Source: Candidatus Nanoarchaeia archaeon
Lineage (GTDB): Archaea; Nanobdellota; Nanobdellia; Woesearchaeales; JAGLXL01
Reading direction: 5' to 3'
Length of the DNA: 43,890 nt
NCBI GenBank assembly: GCA_035289325.1
Contig: DATDXM010000042.1
Coordinates: 1-43,890, forward strand
In this document: positions 1-6,119 of the stretch, one piece after another
How positions within the stretch are numbered: the stretch's first letter is position 1
How the letters are laid out: the number at the start of each line of letters is the position of its first letter
Position numbers and translations under genes: made by a program
Notes under the pieces: generated by a model
Told to the model about the DNA's origin: nothing
The model's database searches: none
Seen by the model: the letters and a program-made list of their open reading frames with translations, nothing else

Positions 1-73
1 TGAGGCAAATTTATTTTAAGGAGAGTTTTTTCCTTCTTGCAATGAAGTCTATGAAGCAGAGACATTCTCAAAG

Positions 74-334
74 TTGTATGAAGCGGCCGAGAAAAGAGAA
101 CAAGAATGGATAGATGCTATCAAAGACCAATTGAAGATAAACCTCTATACTGGAAAGCCGCTTCGGTTTAACTGGTTTCGAGAAAAAAAGCTTGGTAATA
201 AGCGATTATTTTACATTATTAATGTGAATACAAATAAAGCAATTTTGATCGCATTTGGAACAAAAAAAGAGCAGCAAAGAATAATTAATTCGATTATTTT
301 GAATATGGAACGTTACTTAAAACAAATATCTTAA
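74..334 (+). CDS. RelE/ParE-like small toxin-fold protein (start uncertain)
   Basis: The 86-aa ORF contains GKPLRFNWFREKKLGNKRLFYIINVNTNKAILIAFGTKKEQ, a RelE-like beta-strand pattern. It is a paralog of the minus-strand ORF at 12505..12780. The frame is open from nt 20 with no in-frame ATG (TTG at 74). Confidence 0.4.
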   Translation: MYEAAEKREQEWIDAIKDQLKINLYTGKPLRFNWFREKKLGNKRLFYIINVNTNKAILIAFGTKKEQQRIINSIILNMERYLKQIS

Positions 335-471
335 CGAACGCGCTTTATTCTACCTGCTTCTAGGTCTCGCAGGCTTGAGTCCATTTGAAGCAAAATATCA
401 TCTGCTATTTTCTCCTTTTTCTTAAGCTGAGTGTACTCATCTTGTGAGATGAGCATTTGTTCTGAGACCAT
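331..471 (-). CDS. 46-aa protein, antitoxin-like, paralog of 12385..12519
   Basis: Manual translation gives MVSEQMLISQDEYTQLKKKEKIADDILLQMDSSLRDLEAGRIKRVR. It shares the pattern IS..EY..LK..E.I..D.LL......L.D...GR with the 44-aa ORF at 12385. It is convergent with 74..334 and overlaps its 3' end (TTAA). Confidence 0.45.
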   Translation of the reverse strand: MVSEQMLISQDEYTQLKKKEKIADDILLQMDSSLRDLEAGRIKRVR

Positions 472-494
472 ACCTATTAAATGGTGAGCGTTCC

Positions 495-971
495 TTATAA
501 AGTTTTTGTTGGATTTTTGCTGTTCCAGTTAATGATCAGCAGACCAATCACACCAATCGTAATCGCACTGTCTGCGATATTAAATGTCGGCCAGAAATGA
601 AAATTAATGAAATCAGTGACTGCGCCGTATAATATTCTGTCAATACTATTGCCTAACGCACCTGCTGTGATGAGCGCAAAAAAATGAAGTGTTTTTTTGT
701 CTGGATGATTATAGACATGGATGAACATACCAATAATGACTGCGATACTGATGAGCAGGAGTATGGTGTTCATGTTCTGCAAAATGCCAAAGCTTGCACC
801 CGTGTTTGTGGTGTACGTGAGCGACAGAATTTTGGGAATGATGTTGATGTTTGGCTGATAATGACGGACGACGGATTTGGAAAGCTGGTCACAGATGAGA
901 ACAGCTGCAAGAATTATGTAGAAGAGATAGAATGACCTATTTAATCTGTTGAATAATAATGTAGCTACCAT
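495..971 (-). CDS. lspA: lipoprotein signal peptidase II
   Basis: Multi-TM 158-aa protein with the LspA motifs NTGASFG and FWPTFNIADSAITIG. Confidence 0.8.
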   Translation of the reverse strand: MVATLLFNRLNRSFYLFYIILAAVLICDQLSKSVVRHYQPNINIIPKILSLTYTTNTGASFGILQNMNTILLLISIAVIIGMFIHVYNHPDKKTLHFFALITAGALGNSIDRILYGAVTDFINFHFWPTFNIADSAITIGVIGLLIINWNSKNPTKTL

Positions 972-1327
972 TTGTATTTTTCTTTCTCGTCAACGCCTGC
1001 TACTTTTTCGAGGCGCGCAATGCGCAAATCGAGATTTGTTAACAATGAACGAATTGTATCAAGCTTGCTGAGTACGAGCTCAATGTCGCGGGATGCTCCT
1101 TGCTGTGCTGGAGGCGGCATTTGCTGCTGGCCGTACTGGCCAGGATAATTTGGCTGGACATTGCGAAATGGTGAAACTGCGGGCGCCATGTTTTCCTGTG
1201 CCTGCTGCATGGGAAACTCTTCTGATTTCAGCTCGCCTAAACCAAGCTCGTCATTGAGCGGCTGATAGGACGGCTTGTCAAGACCAAGATCATCTTTTCG
1301 CCGAAGCAGCTTGTCGAGAATTTTCAT
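965..1327 (-). CDS. hypothetical protein, Q/P-rich centre and C-terminal coiled coil
   Basis: 120-aa ORF overlapping its neighbours by 4-7 nt in one minus-strand operon. No family recognised. Confidence 0.45.
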   Translation of the reverse strand: MKILDKLLRRKDDLGLDKPSYQPLNDELGLGELKSEEFPMQQAQENMAPAVSPFRNVQPNYPGQYGQQQMPPPAQQGASRDIELVLSKLDTIRSLLTNLDLRIARLEKVAGVDEKEKYKW

Positions 1328-2073
1328 GTGCCACCAATTGCGCCAACTATTTTTTCTGTGATGAACGAAGGAAGCACTTTTGCCAATTTAAATGTTATCG
1401 TTTCTGGATAAATAATAACAGCGTCAGACTTGAGACTTTTAATCAGTAATGATTGGTCCTTTGTTGATGCTTGGACAAGCTGTGCAAATAGTGTGGCACG
1501 GGCATCAGCATTGGTGGATATTTTTGATTTTTTGAGGTTATCTGCAACGTAGCCGCGCACCTGTGGCGTGTCAGGCATGTTTTGGGTTTTGATGATGATG
1601 CCCGTGAGCTGTTCGAGCGTGTTATCTGCGCGGATTGCATCTAGCAGATCATCGCCACTGAACGGCTTTGTGCTCAATTCACTGGTGATGGAATCGAGAT
1701 CAGCAAATGTTTTTGTGTCAATGATAATAAGCTTGTAGTAATTGCCACGGATGGAGTCGAGGTCGTTTTTGTTTAGGGAGGATTGGAATGATGCGACGCC
1801 TGCTGCATCAATCGCAGTTGTATCTGTTAATGAGCTCTCAAAGCCCGCGAGAATTTGTTCGTCTTTGAGAAGAAATAGTTTCTTTGCGGTTGGAAAATTT
1901 TGCACAATGTCCGTGATATCAGTAAACAAGTTAAACCCGAAGACAGTGCCGAACAATGCGAGTGCGAGGAAGACGAGCAACGCCCATGCTGCAATCTTCT
2001 TAATGCCTTTGAATAAAAAAACGATAACAAGGAGTGATACAATCGCGGCTACTATTATATAGTTGAATTGCAT
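1324..2073 (-). CDS. hypothetical membrane-anchored protein
   Basis: 249-aa ORF with two N-terminal hydrophobic helices (IIVAAIVSLLVIVFLF, WALLVFLALALFGTVFGF). It overlaps the downstream ORF by 4 nt. Confidence 0.5.
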   Translation of the reverse strand: MQFNYIIVAAIVSLLVIVFLFKGIKKIAAWALLVFLALALFGTVFGFNLFTDITDIVQNFPTAKKLFLLKDEQILAGFESSLTDTTAIDAAGVASFQSSLNKNDLDSIRGNYYKLIIIDTKTFADLDSITSELSTKPFSGDDLLDAIRADNTLEQLTGIIIKTQNMPDTPQVRGYVADNLKKSKISTNADARATLFAQLVQASTKDQSLLIKSLKSDAVIIYPETITFKLAKVLPSFITEKIVGAIGGT

Positions 2074-2128
2074 AGAGGAATGATTATTTTATGGTTTATA
2101 TAGGTTGGGGTTTGTTCAGAATGAAACA

Positions 2129-2506
2129 CTACTTTTCCAGCAATACTGCATTAACAACGCCATCCTGGCCAGGTCGAGAGGTGACACGCGCACGGCCTTT
2201 TTCTGTTTCAATGATGCTGCCTTTTGTGATGATATTTCTGCGCGCTAAGAATTTGTTTGCTGGATTTTCAACAACATTGAGAATCTTTGCTTTTGCGACT
2301 TTGCCTGCTGCGGCAACATTTGCGATGTTTGCTGCAAGCAGCCTGTTCTTGATGCTGCCGCCGCGGACACGCACTTGTTTCAAATGTGTTTCACCGAGAA
2401 GTGTGTTTGACGGATGGCGCGCCAACTCAAACTTGCGCTTTGTCCTGTAGGGCTTATGATATCTGCCGCCGGACGGCTTACGCTTTGGACGCCATTGTGA
2501 TTGCAT
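2129..2506 (-). CDS. rps8e: 30S ribosomal protein S8e
   Basis: N-terminus [32 protein letters not shown] is typical of S8e, and the length is 125 aa. Confidence 0.9.
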   Translation of the reverse strand: MQSQWRPKRKPSGGRYHKPYRTKRKFELARHPSNTLLGETHLKQVRVRGGSIKNRLLAANIANVAAAGKVAKAKILNVVENPANKFLARRNIITKGSIIETEKGRARVTSRPGQDGVVNAVLLEK

Positions 2507-2530
2507 GAGCGGGTGAAGAAAGGAGTTGGT

Positions 2531-2956
2531 TTATAAAGATTGCGGATAATGTTTATCGACAGTACTCCAGAGCTCTTTCGGGAGAAATGGCTTTGCTATA
2601 ACGCCCTGGACACGACCATCTGCAAGCAACTGGTTATAAAGTGCTGCTTCAGCTCGACTGAGGCTTGGAATGCCGCCCGTTACAAAGTAGATTGGGCATG
2701 TTGATTTTGGGTGTTCACGCCGTATTGTTTCTGCGAGCACAACACCATTCATATTAGGCATTTCAACGTCAGTAAAAAGAATATCAATACCACCATTTGT
2801 CTGTTGTGCGCCTTGAAACATGGTTAGTGCTTCTGCTCCGTCTGCCGCCAGCTTTACTGCGTATCGGGCATCACTAAATATTCGCCCTAACGTCCTTCGT
2901 AGATAATCTTTGTCTTCTGCAACAAGCACTTTTATTGGTTTTGATTCCATCTTCAC
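2531..2956 (-). CDS. response regulator receiver-domain protein (CheY-like, stand-alone)
   Basis: KVLVAEDKDYLR ... DILFTDVEMPNMNG ... IAKPF match the acidic pocket, phospho-acceptor Asp and conserved Lys layout. Confidence 0.8.
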   Translation of the reverse strand: MKMESKPIKVLVAEDKDYLRRTLGRIFSDARYAVKLAADGAEALTMFQGAQQTNGGIDILFTDVEMPNMNGVVLAETIRREHPKSTCPIYFVTGGIPSLSRAEAALYNQLLADGRVQGVIAKPFLPKELWSTVDKHYPQSL

Positions 2957-3067
2957 CGTTCAGTGACACTTGTTTATAAAGATGTCGGTTTGGTTGTGCT
3001 TTTCAGGCTATCTTGCAGCTGTGCTGGAAATCGTAAGTATTATATACCAACCATATTTCTTGCGCTT

Positions 3068-3298
3068 ATGATCGAAGAAAGCTCACGCCCATTGGATGCG
3101 CTGAACGAAGCGCGCAATCGAAGAGTCATCGTTGACTGCAAGAATGGAAAGCAGTATGTCGGCAAATTGAACGCATTTGACATTCACATTAACACAGTTT
3201 TACACGACGCAGAAGAGCGTGCTGACGGCGAGATGAAAAGGAAGTTAGGCAAAATTTTTATCCGCGGCGACACAATCATAACAATTTCTCCAGAATAG
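3068..3298 (+). CDS. Sm-like (LSm) archaeal protein
   Basis: [44 protein letters not shown] ... [11 protein letters not shown] match the Sm1/Sm2 motifs. I start at the ATG at 3068 (TATA-like GTATTATATACC at 3037-3048) rather than the track start at 2963. Confidence 0.8.
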   Translation: MIEESSRPLDALNEARNRRVIVDCKNGKQYVGKLNAFDIHINTVLHDAEERADGEMKRKLGKIFIRGDTIITISPE

Positions 3299-3305
3299 GT
3301 GCATC

Positions 3306-3470
3306 ATGACAAAAGGAACGCCCAGCATGGGCAAGAAAAGCGGCAAGAAGAACATGATTAGATGCAGGCGCTGCGGCAGCCGTTCTTACCACATCAGGCA
3401 TAAAGCATGCTCATCCTGTGGATTTGGCAAGAGCAAGAAATTACGTTCTTATGCTTGGCAAGTGAAGTAG
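3306..3470 (+). CDS. rpl37e: 50S ribosomal protein L37e
   Basis: Not in the ORF track (54 aa). Manual translation gives [54 protein letters not shown], with the C4 zinc ribbon typical of L37e. Confidence 0.9.
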   Translation: MTKGTPSMGKKSGKKNMIRCRRCGSRSYHIRHKACSSCGFGKSKKLRSYAWQVK

Positions 3471-3555
3471 GCAAATTAGTTAGAGAGTGTGCAATTGAGT
3501 CAAAGTGACACTCTTTATTAAAATAATCTTCTGTTGGTTAATGATTAAGAGATTA

Positions 3556-3700
3556 CTGCGACAACAACAATGGCGGGTGACGGTCGCGCTTCGCACGCCC
3601 TATGTCGCAACAGATTTTACCGTTGTAGGGTAAAATCTGCTGCACTCCATCACCGCCAATGTTGCCGCACGAGAACTGCCCCAGCGCCACGGAGAACAGT
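3556..3700. repeat. GC-rich hairpin element E0 (member of the E/M family, see findings)
   Basis: GC-rich island between rpl37e and the stop of 3708..4373. It has an 11-bp hairpin CAGATTTTACC/GGTAAAATCTG (3611-3639). ATGGCGGGTGACGGTCGC resembles E1 5368-5386, and GCGCCACGGAGAACA resembles E3 35892-35906 and E1 5475-5489. Confidence 0.45.
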
Positions 3701-3707
3701 ACGAGAA

Positions 3708-4373
3708 TTACACTATCGTTTCGTTTGTTTTCTTTGCCCGCCGCTCGTCTGCTATCACTTTTGTTTTTTCAAAGCAGAGCTCTTTGACTGCACCAAGCAA
3801 GAGGAAATTGCATGTTGATGGGTCGCCTATCTCGTAAATAACCTTTAATCCACACCTGTCCTGTGCAAATGGCGGCGGCAGGTTACGGCAAATTGCAAGA
3901 TCTTTCTTTGCGACTGCAACTTTTGTGTAACAGCGCTCAGTCAATGGAATACTGTTCTGGACGCCTGCGCAGACAGTTTCGTCTTCTGTATCAAGAGAAA
4001 CATCAAGGTAACAGGTATTTTTAAGCTCTTCATTGGTAACTTGTGCGCAGAGTGAAGCATCGTTGATGTTCATGCCAACTGCTTTAAAGCATACATTGCG
4101 CCAATAAGAATCTTCTATGTCCGTGCAAATTGTTGAGCTGTTTGTTGTTTCGGCGATCCCTTCGTAACAATAATATTTGCTGCCTTCGTTTTCTGCACGG
4201 TCGCATAAGTTGATGTTCTGGCGAATGATGCCTATTTCAGCGTAACAAGTATCGCGCAAATTCTGCTGGCTAAGAGCATCACATTCTGCAACGACTGCAC
4301 CAGTAAATAGGTTGATTGCAGAGCAGGATGCAGTAATGATGAGCATGCTCAGCAGAATCACAATCAATCTCAT
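3708..4373 (-). CDS. secreted Cys-rich repeat protein
   Basis: N-terminal signal-like MRLIVILLSMLIITASCSA, followed by about 8 repeats of a C-x(n)-C unit (..RDTCYAEIG.., ..KNTCYLDVS.., ..ERCYTKVA..). Confidence 0.6.
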   Translation of the reverse strand: MRLIVILLSMLIITASCSAINLFTGAVVAECDALSQQNLRDTCYAEIGIIRQNINLCDRAENEGSKYYCYEGIAETTNSSTICTDIEDSYWRNVCFKAVGMNINDASLCAQVTNEELKNTCYLDVSLDTEDETVCAGVQNSIPLTERCYTKVAVAKKDLAICRNLPPPFAQDRCGLKVIYEIGDPSTCNFLLLGAVKELCFEKTKVIADERRAKKTNETIV

Positions 4374-4592
4374 AATTCATGGAGAACGCAAGAAACTTAT
4401 ATAGGTTGCGGTGGTGGGGAAATTAAGAAGTGTCTTGGTTCATTGGATTTGTCACACCCATTGCACATTCAAATATGATAGAAGACCTAATTATTTGATC
4501 TAATTTGTTAGGTCTTTTAGTATAGGTTGCTTCCTCATGACTCTTTAAATCACACAAAAATCGAAACATTTATATAATTCCATAATATTGGA

Positions 4593-5234
4593 ATGTTTAT
4601 TCCTAAAAAGTGGAAAATGATAACAAGAAAACACACCATATTAGAGCCGTTCGCTCAAGAAGCATGGAAAAAGCATACCTTCGGAGAGGTTAAAAAGTTA
4701 TCTCATAACAAGTCAGATAACTATGTCCATACCACTCTTAAGCGCTTTGTTGCGTCAGGTGTACTTCAAGAACAAAAAATAGGCAACATCATTGTATATT
4801 CTTTGACAAGAGAACTAATCTCACTAACAACTGTTGGCTTTGTCGCTGAGCACAGGGCAAACGCAGCTAAATATCTGCCTCATAGAAATATCCAAAAACT
4901 CATCAACAAAATTAAAACTGCTTTCTATATTTTTATTGTTACCGGCAGCTATGCTAAGATGAAGCAGAAAGAGACTTCTGATCTGGATATAGTTATCATT
5001 TGCGACAACAGGCAAGAGCCTAATGCTGTTCTTTCTCAGATAAAACTAGAAGCTGAGTTGATGATCCCAGAAGCTCATCCATATGTTTTCACTCAAGAGC
5101 AATTTTATCAGATGCTTACAGCTAAAGAAGAAAACTATGGGAAAGAATTCGCGCGGAATAACTTCATAATATCGGGGGGGGAGGCGTATTATTCAATTCT
5201 TATGGAGGCAATCGAACATGGATTCAACGGCTAA
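4593..5234 (+). CDS. nucleotidyltransferase (MNT-type antitoxin-like) with N-terminal wHTH
   Basis: IFIVTGSYAKMKQKETSDLDIVIICD matches the GS-x(n)-DxD polymerase-beta-type NTase motif. The architecture matches 8877..9410. TATA TTTATATAA lies at about 4569-4577. Confidence 0.7.
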   Translation: MFIPKKWKMITRKHTILEPFAQEAWKKHTFGEVKKLSHNKSDNYVHTTLKRFVASGVLQEQKIGNIIVYSLTRELISLTTVGFVAEHRANAAKYLPHRNIQKLINKIKTAFYIFIVTGSYAKMKQKETSDLDIVIICDNRQEPNAVLSQIKLEAELMIPEAHPYVFTQEQFYQMLTAKEENYGKEFARNNFIISGGEAYYSILMEAIEHGFNG

Positions 5235-5334
5235 AATTTACTTGCAAAGAGCGCGTAATGAGTTCAGTGCTGCCCAGTTGTTATTTACAGTTTCAAATGA
5301 CCAAAAGAGAAAGCAGGATCTCCAATTAGTCTAA
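5218..5334 (+). pseudogene. HEPN-partner gene fragment (38 codons) truncated by element E1
   Basis: The ATG at 5218 overlaps the NTase 3' end, as in the intact pair 8877/9407. Translation is MDSTAKIYLQRARNEFSAAQLLFTVSNDQKRKQDLQLV*. The last codons and the stop lie inside the conserved left arm of E1 (AATTAGTCTAA). Confidence 0.5.
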
Positions 5335-5527
5335 TATCCATTCAGTCGTAAAAATAATGTCCTCCTCGATGGCGGCGGTCGGTCACATTGAGATGTGCCC
5401 TCCGCTCGGCGCTCAGAAGCTCGGCTTCTGGCGCCTCCAGAATTTGAGGATTTTCGAGGCATTCGCCTCGCTCCGCGCCATGGAGGACATTAATTTTACT
5501 CCAATATACAACCTACTTATTACGTAC
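5324..5527. repeat. GC-rich hairpin element E1
   Basis: AT-rich arms are homologous to those of E3. The closing stem is ATGTCCTCC(5358-5366)/GGAGGACAT(5482-5490). Internal hairpins include CACAT-TGAG-ATGTG, GCGCtCAGAAGC-TCG-GCTTCTGGCGC and CGAGG-CATTCG-CCTCG. Confidence 0.55.
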
Positions 5528-5540
5528 GTTTCCTCGCAAC

Positions 5541-5548
5541 ATATATAA
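5541..5548 (+). promoter_or_regulatory. TATA box for tRNA-Leu
   Basis: ATATATAA lies 25 nt upstream of tRNA position 1. Confidence 0.5.
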
Positions 5549-5573
5549 TGTACTACTAAAACATCAGGCTTAT

Positions 5574-5719
5574 GCGGGGATGCCGGAGCGGTCAAACGGG
5601 TCAGGCTTAGGTCAGCATGATGTGTGCTACTCATCGCGAGATGAGCTGGTTACCGGCGGTCGTGCTGATAGAAACCTGATGGCTTAGTGCCTTCGCAGGT
5701 TCGAATCCTGCTTCCCGCA
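5574..5719 (+). tRNA. tRNA-Leu(UAG) with 62-nt intron (5612..5673) at position 37/38
   Basis: Manual fold: acceptor GCGGGGA/TTCCCGC; anticodon stem TCAGG/CCTGA; loop CTTAGG|intron|A; long variable arm TGGCTTAGTGCCTTC; T arm GCAGG-TTCGAAT-CCTGC; discriminator A. The intron ends pair (TCAGCAtG/CGTGCTGA), consistent with a bulge-helix-bulge substrate. Confidence 0.85.
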
Positions 5720-5794
5720 TTTTTTTGAGACTGAGCGAAGCGAATGTCTCAATATTCTTTGCTCACTTTCTTTGCAAGAAAGTGCGTCTGCTTC

Positions 5795-5814
5795 AATCCT
5801 GCTTCCCGCATTTT
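5795..5814 (+). repeat. direct duplicate of the tRNA-Leu 3' end (att-like)
   Basis: AATCCTGCTTCCCGCATTTT at 5704-5723 is repeated at 5795-5814. The roughly 70 nt between contain two hairpins (GAGAC..GTCTC; CACTTTCTT-TGC-AAGAAAGTG). Confidence 0.7.
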
Positions 5815-6119
5815 CTTTTTGTGTTTTGATGAGATGAATGTTCATTGAATGTCCGCATTAAGCTTGTAAGGTTTCATCTTTTTGGTTTCTATTTTTTAGT
5901 GATGACTTTGTTAAAACTATGAAATCGATTGTTATGGGCTTTCATTGAAATATTTCGATTTGGTGAAAAAGAAGCATTACGAAAACTTTATAAATCAAAC
6001 AAAAATAGCTTTTTTTAGATATTGGAATATGTTCCTAAGGTGAGTTTGAAACGAAACCTTAAAAAAGAGGCGCATATTTCTTTGATAGTAAGTCATAAAC
6101 ACGTGGAGGTGTTTAGATA

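Noticed and set aside
3570-3818. 82-aa plus-strand ORF (Cys/Arg-rich: MAGDGRASHALCRNRFYRCRVKSAALHHRQCCRTRTAPAPRR...)
   Set aside because: Its composition is what results from translating a GC-rich hairpin region (element E0). Its 3' half is antisense to the well-supported Cys-repeat gene 3708..4373.
4480-4520. Hairpin AAGACCTAA...TTAGGTCTT between 3708..4373 and the NTase gene, and the 12-bp hairpin TCAAAAACCACA..TGTGGTTTTTGA at about 37940-37970
   Set aside because: These are single isolated stem-loops in intergenic regions next to gene ends or starts. They are most simply ordinary terminator or operator structures and have no repeats elsewhere in the window.
5357-5634. ORFs 5357..5548(+) and 5413..5634(-)
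   Set aside because: They read through element E1 and the tRNA-Leu gene. Neither has a protein-like sequence or a promoter context.
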